Assembly (NCBI GenBank): GCA_022605425.2
Contig: JAKIMF020000011.1
Coordinates: 434,001-498,000 of the forward strand
Reading direction: 5' to 3'
From: Hamiltosporidium tvaerminnensis FI-OER-3-3
Taxonomy: Eukaryota; Fungi; Microsporidia
Length of the DNA: 64,000 nt
A program made the translations under genes and the position numbers. Shown here one piece after another: positions 30,488 through 43,125 of this stretch (positions are counted from its first letter, which is position 1; each line of letters starts with the position of its first letter). Below the pieces are notes generated by a model. It saw only the letters and a program-made list of their open reading frames with translations. It searched no databases and was not told the origin of the DNA.

Positions 30488-31199
30488 GGCTTTTTTATAT
30501 TTAAATATTTTAAATATATTTATATTTTCATGATTTCTATAAATTAATGTTTTAACTTAGAAACCGAGTTCAAATAATCTTTTGATTTTCGTTTGGAAAA
30601 TATATTTAAACTAAATCTATTTAAATTTAAGTAGAAAATATAATTTACGGATTTCTTTGAATGTTTTTTTAAATATTTCCAAGATTTTTAGTCAAAAATG
30701 AAAATTTTTATAATATTCCAATTTTAGTAGATATATTTTATATTTTTTTTATTGATCTTTTATTAATCTAAATATAATTTGTCTTACTATTCAATTGTTC
30801 GTTTGCAGTAAAATCTAAAATTGCTAAATTTTAATTAAAACTTAAAAAAAAATCTAACAGTTTTTTCGAAGATTCAAATCTTAACATGATGGATTCTAAA
30901 TGTTAAAGAAGAGAAGAGAAAAACATAAGGATAGTATTTTTGTAAACAAAAATGCATTTTTTATCTGTTAATCAAAGATAAATCATAAAATGATTATAAC
31001 CTTAAACAATATGTTTTATAAATTCCATTTGAAATTATTACATACCCGACGTATAATTATTTACTAAATTTTATTGGTCTTAGCCATAAAAATGTTTTAT
31101 ATATGGAAAATCTGGAAAATTTAATTTCACTTTTAGATACTTTTCATGTTTTACCTATTTGCTTCTTTGCTTTTATATGGCATTTTATTCAGAGTTAAT

Positions 31200-32780
31200 T
31201 GTGGACTTCTTCACTGTGGTGACTCTCTCTAAAATTACAATTTGAGCTTTCGGTTTTTACATGTTATGATGTATTTCTTCTTTGGTTTATTGCTTTAAAT
31301 CTGGTTGGTCCCTAATGCATCTTGGCTCTTTTCCCCACACGCAAGGACACTGTATCCCATTTCTCATAGAATTTAGTTTCCATTCAAATTCTCTTTACCT
31401 ATTAAAATTAATTATTTTAAATGTCTTCATTTATATTCCATGCAAAATTTTGTCCTTACATTGCATTGCTATGTATTTGTAGTCTTCTGATGTAATTCTT
31501 ATTGTATATATCACTATACCGTCGCGGGTTATAACAAAAACAACAATTTTAACACGACACCTAGACATCCAACCTAATGCTTCATCTAATTTGTCATGCT
31601 TTCTTAGGATTTGCTTTTGATATAATCAAGATGAATCTTCAAAAAATTCAACTTGAATGCATGTCTTATAGAGCTTTTTGACAAAGATATGGCTATCTGT
31701 TAGATTATCATGAAATATATCATAAGTTCTTATTTTGGTTTTTATTGTGATTTTAAAACACATTTCTGATTTAAAAATTTCTTAATTCGGTATCGTGATT
31801 AATTTTAAAGACTTGCGTCGTAAGAATTTAAAAATATACCTAAATGCAAATTACCTTTATATTTTGTTCGTCTGATTGGTAAGAACTAAGTCTTCTCCTA
31901 AATCAAATTTCGCAGTTCAATAACATATTACTTGCTCTTTTCTCTATTACCACATACCTTCTGTCCCCATATAAACATTTCTTTTTTAAGGATACATAAC
32001 ACAGCTTCATCTGAAGCTTAATTTCTCTTTTTTTAGCCAACTTAAAAGGAAAAGTGCACACATGCTCATTTTTTCTTGTATTATATAACTTTAAATAAGT
32101 TTTTATTTTTTATTTGTTACGTGTTTTCGCAAGTTTTTCTTCTAATCTTTTCTTGGTTACGTTTCTTCCAACATATATTTTACTTTTAAGAAGTTTTTTT
32201 AATGCGAGATGCGTTCTATTGATACTATTTACTCTGGGATTTTTTTCCTTCTGTGTTATGTTTTCTTTACTTTTACACAGATCTCTAGATGCAGAATCAT
32301 ATTGTCACTTCGAAACTCCACATCATGTAAGCCTCCTTCATTTCAGTACAAAGAAAATTTAGGGCTCTTTGTATCTTTGGGATAAACGTATTTTGTTCTT
32401 TATTTACACGTACTCATTGCCTCATCAAACTTGAGAAGTTGCCAGTCTCAAGTCAAGTACCTCTATATGATATTTTGTCAAGACTCTTGCATGTTGTTGA
32501 TTGTTTAAATAAATTTCTTACATTCATTCTCGTGTGAAAATTTCTCTATTTACGTGTTATAAGTGTAATCAGTAAGTTTCGAATTATCTTCATGTTAAAT
32601 TTACTCTTCTGTCTTCTATTATTATAATATATCTGTAACGGCCTATTGCATTACGGTGAGTAGCAGTTTTTTTATAGTATTATCATTAGTAGCTGGCTAT
32701 CTCGTTCTAGTAAAATCCTATTTATAATACTGAAATAATTGAACTGTGTTTGAATTAATTCGCAGAATCTATTTAAAAAT
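31200..32780 (-). mobile_element. Old, 5'-truncated, decayed copy of the R4/Dong-type retrotransposon
   Basis: Decayed translations align in order to the 38-39.6 kb element: IGRYRYIIIEDRR, RMNVRNLF, GGLHDVEFRSDNMIL, LRKHDKLDEALGWMSRCRVKIVVFVITRDGIV, KTFKIINFNR. Boundaries approximate. Confidence 0.82.
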
Positions 32781-34128
32781 GTTTTCTTTCACTATATTTG
32801 ACAAATTGTATCTAATGATATTGTAAAAGAACCGGGAGCTTTTAAGCAACAATTAACAAATATTTATGTTTTAAACAGATCTTAAGAATCTTTAAAAAAT
32901 TGCAGAATATGTTTTACAATGTTATAAGATCAAAATGATTCAATCTATAAAGTTCGGTCTACATTTTTAGATTCTAAACATTTTTATTGTTTCTAATAAG
33001 AGTTTTATAGTTAAATTCAATTATAAATTTCAAATTAGCTTACTAAATGCATTTTTCTTTGAAAATGGTTTTTTATACTATATTTTATTTTTCCGTTACA
33101 TATCAAGTCGAAGACAAATTAATGGTGATTTAACGCTTTAGAAATGTATATTATTGCTTTGTAGCTTCCTTTGGATAATATTTCTTTTGTAAATCAGTTG
33201 TAAGTTCACAGTATCTATCTCGATAATGAATAATTAAGTGTAGAATTCTGCGCGTCGAATCTGCATATCGATGTTTAAGTCTGCAAATTTCGAATTTTAG
33301 ATCATTCGTTGAAATCATGCTATCTGCTTCTATTATTTTTGAAATTTAAATAAATTTTGGATTCGAAAAACTGAAGCATCGTTTTTTATGTTTAGAACTA
33401 CGAAGCATCCTCATTACATTGTTTTTAAGTATTGATACAAGCTATTCGCATATAATAGCAACTAAATCAAATTAAATATTTATTTCCATAGTATTTTACA
33501 TTCAGGCTTAACTCAAATTTCATTTAGATTAAAATTTAAATTCATAATTGATATTCATGTCGATTAATAAAATTATGAAAAAAAAATTTAATAACAAATT
33601 TAAATCTTAAAAAATATTTAATAGTGTCGATATAGCAAGTGATTTTTCATTTCACTTTGTTTCATGTTTTTTTCAGTATCAAATTAAATATATAAGGTTG
33701 AATAAATCAAATTTCTGAGCACCGAGAAGTACAAGACGCCGAAATATGTAAATAACTATAAAATTAAATTTAATTACACATAAATTCTGGTTAAATGGTT
33801 TTTTTGTTTATATTTTAAACATTCGAAACTTTTGTTAACCTTAAATAAGATATTTTTGCCAAAAGTTCAAATATACATTATTCCCGTATTTCAAAATGTA
33901 TCTTTCCCCTCTATTCCCCCTACCCTTTATTTTTCTTTACTATTAACCAATTGTAAAGTAACGCAGAAATTTTTTGCGTGCTAATTAAAATGAGGATAAT
34001 ATGAAATAAATGAAATGTATTTATACGTTTTTTTGGCGGGAAAGTGGTTTTTCGGAAATTTAGAAGGTATTTGATTTGTAAAATATAGCAATAATATATA
34101 AAAAAATAAAAATATTATTGAAATAGAA

Positions 34129-34864
34129 TTGTGGAGGGAGGATAACCACATAAACAACTTTTTGCTTGGCAATGAGTGTCTGAAACTGGTGTGAAGATCA
34201 TTGTTTGGATTTTTGGTGGGAATACAACCACACTACGTCTTCGGTTGTTCCATGGGAGTTTTTATGAAGAGGAGAGGTCTAAGAAATGGAGAAACTTTTT
34301 CTACAAATTTATTTGTAGTTTTTTATGTAACCAGATTGCAGACCGCAACTGAACATGTAGGTAATTGCCATGTAAAAGCATGGAAACCTAGTTTTGCTCA
34401 CTCGGGTTAGAAGACTTAGCGCCTGGGAGATATAAAACAAAAAACCATCTAAAGCCACGAAAGCTAAGTAGCAGGTTATACCTGTTGGTATGACATTGTA
34501 CTATCTAGGTGGACCCCATGTAAGTCTCTGAAATATATCTTAGCTAGAAGTTTATTAGGTTCAGAAAGTGTAGAGTGAGTGGGAATGCTGCATAGTCTTG
34601 GGGGAGCCCAGGGGGGGGCTTCGGCCTTCGATCAAACTCCATGCAACGGACATTAACGAACTCCGGGCAACTGCCTCGCCTATTATTTAGGTTCTACACA
34701 CCTGGTAGATGAAAGGGTCTGGGACGTAGGTATCGCAGGGGTTACCGATGGAGTGTTGGGGTAGCAGTCATTTATGTTAAACCTAGAACTGCGTTAATGT
34801 CATAAAAACAAATATAACACTTGCCACTATTTTAAAAAGATGTGATACTTTAAAATAAAGTCTG
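34129..34864 (+). mobile_element. ~730-bp non-coding retroposon (family A), best-preserved copy
   Basis: Collinear with the copies at 17.0, 23.0, 36.0 and 60.7 kb. Perfect 12-bp TSD ATTGAAATAGAA at 34117-34128 and 34865-34876. Starts GTGGAGGGAGGAT and ends TAAAATAAAG. Confidence 0.88.
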
Positions 34865-36046
34865 ATTGAAATAGAAAGTCAACGGAAAAAAATATGAAAA
34901 AAAATTTAGAAATAAGATGTTAAAAGAACAGAAAAGTTTTGAATTATATTTCAGTATCATATTCCATTGAACACTTTCTTTAATATTTTTTTTCATTTTT
35001 TCGCATGTTGATGATCATTATCATAGTATAATTATGTAATAAAACCTACTACATACAGGTTTCGTTATCAGAAAATGAGTCAAAAAAATCTTTCGAATTG
35101 TAGTAATGTTGCTAAATTTATTTTCATCCAATTTTTCCATTATCAGAAGTAAAAGTTATAGGATTTGAATTGGTGAGTTAATTCATTTAAGAGCCAAATT
35201 TCTACACTTACCACCTATGTTTGAATATTCTTTTACAAAACTAGTGGAATTACATATTGGGTTTGCTTGTTAGAGCAATTTTCCTTATGGTAGAAATGTA
35301 TCCAATCTCATACTCTGCGATAATTATCATTTTGATGACTAATATACAAATATGAAAATCATTCTAAACATTATGCTATCTGATTTTTCTAGCAAATAAA
35401 CCATTAATATAATACAACAATTATATTTTCTGTCTAATGTACTTTTCTGTTCTTTAACGTGTTTATTTAGAGATGGTTCTATGTAGTAATGTTAAAGATT
35501 TTATAAAATCCTATATTATTATATTTTTGCATTATAACATTTTGAGATGCTATGCATTGCGGAACAACGAAATGTAATATAATGTAAAATCATGGCTTTA
35601 AGTCATATATTTTTTATATTTTGTATATACTGCAACCGTTTCGCAAATCTTGGCATTCAAGAACACCATAAAAAACAATAATTCAAAATATTTAAAAACA
35701 ACAGAAATTTTACAAAAATAAAACTAAAAGACACTGATACTAGGAAAATTAAAAATGTATCCGATTGTGTTGATATTATAAATTTTTATAATTTTTTTTA
35801 ACAGAGTCCATACGTTTTTATAGATAATTTTTTAATTTTAGTAATTATTAAAATAAAGGAGGCGACTCAAAATGGAGGAGACGTTTTGAATTACGAAAAT
35901 TATTGAACTTAAGATTTTTTTGAAAATCTATTGCAACTAAAATATTTATCTTTTATGAAAATTTTTCATTAATGTATAAATATCATTAAAATATTTATAA
36001 AGAGAGCAATGATTTTGCATTCAAAACGATATTCACTTCTTAAAAT

Positions 36047-36770
36047 ACTTTTATTCCGAAAATAGAACATATTTTAAGAGCTGTGGCAAATTTATATCGT
36101 TTTCATTTCATTGTCGCGGTTCTTTGTTTAACTTAGTTTTATGTCCTCCCTATCTTCTATCGGTACCTGTAGAATAACTACATACTTAGATTTAAATGTA
36201 AGAGATTCAAAGAACTCAATTATTGGTTGAAGAAGTTACTCATGGGTTCTTAATTTCCGTGCATGGAAGGTGATCGTAGGTCGAAATCCGCCTTATGCTC
36301 CCCCAAAATCCGAATTCTTTCACTTGGTTTAAGCTTTTTGAACCTCATAAACTTCGTCTAAGATATGTCTAAGCGACTTACATAGGTTCACTTAGAAATC
36401 TCGTGTCATACCAAAGTTATAACCTTCTAGTTAGTATTCTTAGATTTAAAAAGAGTATGTTTTTTGTACCTTCTAGGCTACAAGTCTAATTACCCGAGTG
36501 TGCAAGACTAGGTTTCTATACTTTTACATGGTAATTACTTATAAATCCATGCGTGGTTTCTAATCTAGTTACATAAAAAAATAGAAATAAATTTGTAGAA
36601 AATATTTCGCCATTTCGTAGATCTTCTCCTACTCATAAAAATTCATATGTAACAACCAAAAGCCATTGTTTGGTTTTATTCTCACTCAAAAACTAAATAA
36701 TGATAGTATAACCCAATTTCACATACTCATTGCCAACCAAATAGTTTTTAATCTGATATCCTACCCCCAC
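36047..36770 (-). mobile_element. Family A retroposon copy (diverged)
   Basis: Collinear blocks such as TACCCGAGTGTGCAAG, CTTTTACATGGTAATT, AATCTAGTTACATAAAAA and ACTCATTGCCAA. No convincing TSD. Confidence 0.8.
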
Positions 36771-36939
36771 AGCATAAAATATAAATTTTTATTTATAAAG
36801 AAATCATAAAAACCATCTTTTTTACCCTTCATCTTCATATAAATTACAAACCATCAATAAATCTTAATATATTAAATGTATTTAAATTTTCGTTAAATAA
36901 TTTATTCATTAAAATTTAAACCGTAAACCAAAATATAAA

Positions 36940-37022
36940 AAATAAGAAAATAAGTAAATAAGTAAATAAGTAAATAAGAAAATAAGAAAATAAGTAAATA
37001 AGTAAATAAGTAAATAACAAAA
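36940..37022. repeat. AAATAAG(T/A) microsatellite
   Basis: About 10 units visible. Confidence 0.9.
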
Positions 37023-37371
37023 TAATAAAATTTAAGTTAAATTTAAACACAAATATTAAATTTTATCTAAATTTCCCAATAAATAGAAATTGAATCTAAA
37101 ATTTATGTTTTTATTTTTATTTTTTTTCCTTCCCAACAACTAACATTACCTCTTCTTACAAATATTATTTCTCATTATTTCTACTTTATTTTATTTCATT
37201 TTATTAAATTTTATTTCTATTTTATTTCTCATTGTTTTATTATATTTTATTTCTCATTATTTCTATTTTTATTTCCCAATATTTTTATTTCTCATTATTT
37301 CTCATTTTTTTATTTTTATTTCCCAATATTTCTATTTCTCAATATTTTATTTCTCTTTTTTTTATTTCTTT

Positions 37372-37680
37372 TCATTTCTCTTTCTCTACCTTTCCTACCA
37401 AAATTACATTGTCTCCTCTTAAAAATATATTTTTATATTTCCTCTCCACAACCTTCCCCTCCCTCTTCTTCTTCCCCCTCTTCTTCCCTTTCAAATACGT
37501 TATTTCTGTTATATCACTCATTACCATATTAAAGTGTTGGTCATACATCTTAACCCTTCCTAATAATTTACTATTGTTACGTAAATTTACCAATACCCAT
37601 TCCCCCTTTAATACACTATCTGCTAACATAGAAAGTGGTCCACTAATATGAGACTCTTTAGAATCTACAATCACACCCAT
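37372..37680 (-). CDS. SMD2: Small nuclear ribonucleoprotein Sm D2
   Basis: GPLSML..VLVNLRNNSKLLGRVKMYDQHFNMVM (Sm1 motif) and KNIFLRGDNVILV (Sm2 motif) match the SmD2 pattern. CCC motif in TAACCCTTGT-ATG. Confidence 0.92.
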   Translation of the reverse strand: MGVIVDSKESHISGPLSMLADSVLKGEWVLVNLRNNSKLLGRVKMYDQHFNMVMSDITEITYLKGKKRGKKKREGKVVERKYKNIFLRGDNVILVGKVEKEK

Positions 37681-37709
37681 ACAAGGGTTAGAATAATATA
37701 TTTTATAAT

Positions 37710-37800
37710 TCTTAAAAGTATTAGAGTTCTTAAAAGTATTAGAGTTCTTAAAAGTATTAGAGTTCTTAAAGTAATAGAGTTCTTAAAACTATTAGTGTTC
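37710..37800. repeat. 18-bp tandem repeat CTTAAAAGTATTAGAGTT upstream of SmD2
   Basis: 3 near-exact units plus degenerate units. Confidence 0.9.
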
Positions 37801-37904
37801 TTATTGTTTAAAGTTCTTATTGTTTTAGAGTTCGTAAAAGTATTAGTGTTCTTATTGTTTATTATTTCTCTTAATAATTAGTGTTCTTTTATAACTGATA
37901 TATT

Positions 37905-40900
37905 TTTATTTAATAAAATTCTGGGTTTACAAATTTTTCTCTTTAAAATAATTCTTTCCACCATTTCAACCACTTCTATTTCTTCCTCCAACTCCAACTC
38001 TTCATTTGTATTAGTTGATGGTTCCTTTGCTGTGGTTATGTCATGCAAAATAAGGGGTAAAATATGTTTTGTATTTTTTGATTTTAACATCATCTTCCTC
38101 ATTGTCTACTTGCTTTAAAGGGGGTATTGGTTGTTTATGCATCTCAGCTCCTAAAATAACACTTAATGATGCTCTCTCCCAGCTCTCTTCGGCATTTGGT
38201 TCAGACTCAAGTCCTCTTCGTCGATCAAAAGAAATTGTTTCGAATGTCTTCTTGTGTACTATAGACTGAATGTATACCTCTACATTCATGGGTATTTCCG
38301 ATCTTTTAAACCTAAGTCTTATGGTATTTTGTCACAATACCGTCCCAGGTCATTACATAAGGAATTATCTCTACATTGCATTTATAAATAAGACCTAACT
38401 CATTTTCTAATAGGTCATACTTCCTAAGCTTCTCTGTTTCAACTATTTGAAGAGAGTCTTGGGATGTGATTCCTACTTCGATGAGGGTTATCCTATTCTG
38501 TCTCTTGTCTAAAATAAATATATCTGGGCTGTTACACCGAATCTTGACATCAATTTTTATTCTGGTGTCCACTCTTATCTCTGCATATTCGTTATCAAGA
38601 ATTTCTTGAACTGAGTGGCTTCTAATTCGTTTCGAAGACTTAAACTTATATTTATTCAGCAAGAGTAAATGTATACATCGTACACTTCTTTATGTCGTCT
38701 AGTATAGTCATGACCAAGCATTTTTTCACATCTCGTTGCTAAGTGATCAACAGTTTTCCTAGACTGGTTGCAGTGTTGACACATACCTTCTGCACCCCAG
38801 AAAACATTTCTATCCTAGATATAACAGAACACTGCTTCATCACGTGGTCTTACACTTCCATTCTTTAACCATCTTGAGGAGTCATTTACACTTACCAGCT
38901 CGTTATTTCTAGCGCTATATAACTTTGAATGTAGTTTTCGGTTTTTGATTTCGTTATATGGGTTAGCTAGTTGAGCTTCTTCCAATTTCTTTTTTGTGAC
39001 TTCCTCTTCCAACCCGTATTTTATTTTTAAAAAGTTTTTAATTAGTGAAAGGTGGGTTTTATTATTATTCTCAACCTTTAGGATTGCTGCTCTTCTGGTC
39101 GATGTATCTTTATGTTTTTCCAGACAATCCAAGAGTTGCAAAAGCATATGTTCGCTTTTGAACTCGACACTATGTAAACCTCTTCCAAGTTCTTTACGTG
39201 GAAGGTATAGACGTTCTTTGCATCCTGGGCGTAGATGTATTTTGTTCTTTACTAACACTGCACGCACCGCATCATCTAACTTAGAGAAGTCAGCCGGTTC
39301 AAGTCGGAGTACACCTATATGATAGTTTAGTAAAGAAATTGCATGTTGATTAATGGCTTGAAATCAATTTCTTGCATTTAATCTCGTGCGGCAAAGTCTT
39401 TCTACTCGTGCTATAATTTTAGTCTGTACTTCCTCAAAAGACTTACTTGTTGGAATTCCTCTGCTATCTTCTATAATTCCAAGGTATTTATAAACACCTA
39501 TTCCTTCAAGAAGAGTAGCAGTATCTTCACAACATGGATCATTAGTGGCTGACTTCTCTTTGTTAATTTCCAATCCTATATTATTCATAAACTTTTTAAC
39601 CTCCTCCGTCATTTCTTCCAATGTTTGTCCATCTTCGGCAAGGAGCTTAAGATCATCAATAAACAAGAGATGATTAGTTGCGTGGGATTCTGCATCTGTT
39701 TGTATTATCACCTTTGTGTATTTCTCATTAAGCTTTCGGCTCAATGGATCCATACACAATACAAACAACAACGGTGACAGACTATCTCTTTGCAGAATCC
39801 CTCTATCAATCTTCTTGCTCATGATTTTTTCAGGCCTTATTGATATATCAATTTTCCATTTTGATATAATTACCTTAATAAATAACAGAATCCAATCAGG
39901 TAAATCAAGGTTTCAATACATTGACTCAAATAAGCATGATCTATTGAATCATAAGCTTTTTTGACATTAATCCATGTTGCCTTAAGATTGTTTCCGTATT
40001 CCTTATTAATGGCAACATTCAATAAGGCCTGTTCTTTCGCTCCTTGCACTCCTCTAACCGCTCCCAACTGATTATCTGAAAGTAATTTTCGTCTTTCCAC
40101 CTAAACCTAAACCACTTTAGAAACACATTTTGTAGTCAGTTTATACAGGTTTGATATACAGGTTATTGGCCTGTAATCAGAGCCAGTCTTTGGTGTACCT
40201 TTAGGTATCAGATAATTAAGTCCACAATAATACCAATCGGCTTGAGGCGTTCCTTCTAAACATATGACTTTCACAATATCGTAAAGATATTTATGAAGGC
40301 TGGTAAGTTTCTTGATGTAAAAGTTGTAAATACCATCAATTCCAGCGGCTTTCCAGTTAGGCAGCCAATTGATGATATCTATAAACTCTTCAGGTGAAGG
40401 AAACGTGGTCTGTTGCGTATCTGACACGAAAGGTATCAAATACTCATCATATGTAACTACTTTATTATTTTTGTTCCACATTGTAGACCAAAATTCTGAA
40501 ATTTTGTCACGATGAACCACATGCTCAGATTCAACGTGCTCAGATAGCCTTCGGTAGAATCGACCTCGGAATAACTCAAACATAAGATTCTCTTTTCGAA
40601 ATTTCCTCCTACTTTCATACATCGTAATTTTTTTCTCGTACACATTCAAAGCCTCATTCTTCTTAACCAACGCCATAGAGAGATCATTTATTTTGCTTAA
40701 GTCTAGATTAAACTCTCGCATGATTTTCTTAAGGCTCTTCGTTTCCGAAGTAGAGAGCTTTTCCTGCTTACGAGCCTTCTCTAGGAGGTCTTTGGAAAGT
40801 ACTAACTTTGAAATTAAACTTTCTATGTTTCCTTCCAATCAGATCTAGACTTCTCCTTACGCGTTTCCTCGTCATAGCATACCTGGGCCGCCTGGATGAT

Positions 40901-41699
40901 TCGAGCTGCATCACTAACATTCTTAGGAACACGGGATTCAGCATATTCACCTGTGATCCGATTTATGAGTTCCAAAACTTTACTATCAACCAATTCACTT
41001 GGAAGTTTTTTAGTTCGGACCGCTACATCTCCGATTTCCTTCTCAGAGATTTCCTTGATTTTATACAAGAACTTTTCTCTCAGTTTCATATAGAGTGTGG
41101 TGCCACTTGAGGAACATGGCTCGGCGAGAAAAGTGGCGATTCTACGTCGCTCTCCATTCTTTTCTTGCCTTATTTCCCTTTCTGCCACATTATGTGTTAA
41201 TTTTTTTAACATATCGATATCAACAGTTCGACCAAATTTCCCATTATAGTACCTAAGAATTGCAGACCAGACATTTCTAGGCATTCTCTCAAACCTTTTT
41301 TTGCACTGCTCACATAGCAGATCTAGGCCATTCCTGCTCTACGGCTGTGATAAGTCAAGTATTGAATGCAATACCATCAGTCGATTTCCTTCTGGAATGG
41401 CAGGTGCATTGAGGTTTTCCATTGTGTTGGCTGGTCCACACGCAGAAGAATTGGGACAGGAAGAAGGGGGTACGGAATCGATCAGGCTGACTGGAGTAAC
41501 ATATAACGTAGTGCTCGATGGGGGGTGGGTGTTATTATGGAGGGTCGGTTGTGGTGGAAGTGTCTCGGATATAGTCACTACATCTCTATCACACGTTTTT
41601 GTCTTTTTTAAACTAATTTCCGAGTTGTTTACAGCCTTTATTTCTTCATTTTTTATATTTTCGCTGTCAACTTTTTTTCTTCTACCCATTAAAGAAAAA
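37905..41699 (-). mobile_element. Full-length, inactivated non-LTR retrotransposon of R4/Dong type (RT + CCHC finger + restriction-like endonuclease), ~3.8 kb
   Basis: Minus-strand ORF fragments in order: WKAAGIDG, YRPITC, KKAYDSIDH, RGILQRDSLSPLLF, HLLFIDDLKL, YKYLG, ERLYLPRKELGRGL, CQHC..DHLATRC, PDIFILDK..IEVG..EKLRKY. Perfect 14-bp TSD ATAACTGATATATT at 37891-37904 and 41700-41713. Several in-frame stops and frameshifts. Confidence 0.93.
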
Positions 41700-41757
41700 A
41701 TAACTGATATATTAAATATTTAATATATTTCTTATTTCAATTTAAACTTCTAATTAA

Positions 41758-41829
41758 GGTTTTATAGTGTAGTGGTTAGCACGGCAGACTCTGACTCTGC
41801 AAACCTGAGTTCGAATCTCAGTAAAACCA
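41758..41829 (+). tRNA. tRNA-Gln, anticodon CTG
   Basis: Cloverleaf: acceptor GGTTTTA/TAAAACC, anticodon arm GCAGA-CTCTGAC-TCTGC, T arm CTGAG-TTCGAAT-CTCAG. No intron. Confidence 0.97.
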
Positions 41830-41836
41830 TTTTTTT
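41830..41836 (+). terminator. Pol III terminator (T7 run) of tRNA-Gln
   Basis: T run immediately after the discriminator base. Confidence 0.8.
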
Positions 41837-41862
41837 AATAATTTTATTATTTTCTGTAGTAA

Positions 41863-42330
41863 GTAAGAGAAATATAAGTATTGAATAAGAAAAAGAAGAG
41901 AGGTGTATAAGTAAAAGGAAGTAGTAAGAGAAATATAAGGTATTAAATAAGAAAAAGAAGAGAGGTGTATAAGTAAAAAGAAGTAGTAAGAGAAATATAA
42001 AGTATTAAATTGGAAAAGAAGTAAAAAGTAAGAAATAAAATATGAAAATAAAAGACAGAGAAGAGAAAGAGAGAAATACTAGAATAAGTTACTTATATAT
42101 AACAACAGAGAAGAGAACAAGAGAAATAACATAATTAATTACTAATATATAACGACAAGGAAGAGAGATAAAATAGTTACTTTCTATTTATATTAAGAAT
42201 AAGAGAAATAAATGAATTAATTACTAATATATAACGACAAGGAAGAGAAATAAATGAATTACTTTCTAATAATAACGACAGAGAAGAGAAATACATGAAT
42301 CACCTTCTAATATATTAAGAAGAATAGTCA
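41863..42330. repeat. Purine-rich tandem repeats (~60-bp units, then ~45-bp degenerate units) downstream of the tRNA
   Basis: GTAAGAGAAATATAA and AACGACAAGGAAGAGA recur. Confidence 0.75.
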
Positions 42331-42549
42331 ATAACAGTACAAATATAATATTTTAAGTTAAAATGTAACAGAGAACAGGTCATCAAATAATATTAAACAC
42401 TCAATGGTTTTTCTCTGTGTGGTTTGTTTAGAAGTAAATGTTTAAGAATTTTACTTCCCTTCGATGGGGGGTGAAATTAAATTTATTTAAATAGAAAAAA
42501 AGGAGGGGAAAAGAGAGGGAAAGATGAGAGAGAAAGATGAGAGGGATAA

Positions 42550-43125
42550 GTGGGTGTTAAGTATTATGATATAAGGGTGATGGTTAAAGGGGTGATAAGT
42601 ATTATGGTATTAGAGTAATAGTTAAAGGGGTGTTAAGTATTATGATATAAGGGTGATGGTTAAAGGGGTAATAAGTATTATGATATAATGGTGATGGTTA
42701 AAGGGGTGTTAAGAGATATGGTATAAGGGTGATGGTTAAAGGAGTGTTAATATTATGATATAATGGTGATGGTTAAAGGGGTGTTAATATTATGATATAA
42801 TGGTAATAGTTAAAGGGGTGTTAATATTATGATATAAGAGTAATAGTTAAAGGGGTGTTAATATTATGATATAAGGGTGAGGGTTAAAGGGGTGTTAAGA
42901 GATATCATATAAGTGTATTAGTTAAAGGGGTGTACAATATTCTGATGTTAATGTAATAGTTAAAGGGGTGTTAATATTATGATATAAGTGTAATAGTTAA
43001 AGGGGTGTTAATATTATGATATAAGTGTAATAGTTAAAGGGGTGTTAAGTATTATGATATAAGTGTATTAGTTAAAGGGGTGTACAATATTCTGATGTTA
43101 ATGTAATAGTTAAAGAGGTGTTAAG
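42550..43125 (+). repeat. ~40-bp minisatellite with core TTAAAGGGGTGTTAA
   Basis: About 14 units. Confidence 0.92.

Noticed and set aside
34129-34864. Family A as a solo LTR (TG...CA-like ends)
   Set aside because: Homology extends past the CA, and the TSDs are 12-15 bp rather than 4-6 bp.
38312-40110. Several in-frame TAG stops in the RT (some at likely Gln positions) next to tRNA-Gln(CTG), suggesting readthrough or recoding
   Set aside because: The element also has a TGA stop and frameshifts, the tRNA anticodon is a normal CTG, and the 546-aa gene ends in TAG. Ordinary decay explains it.
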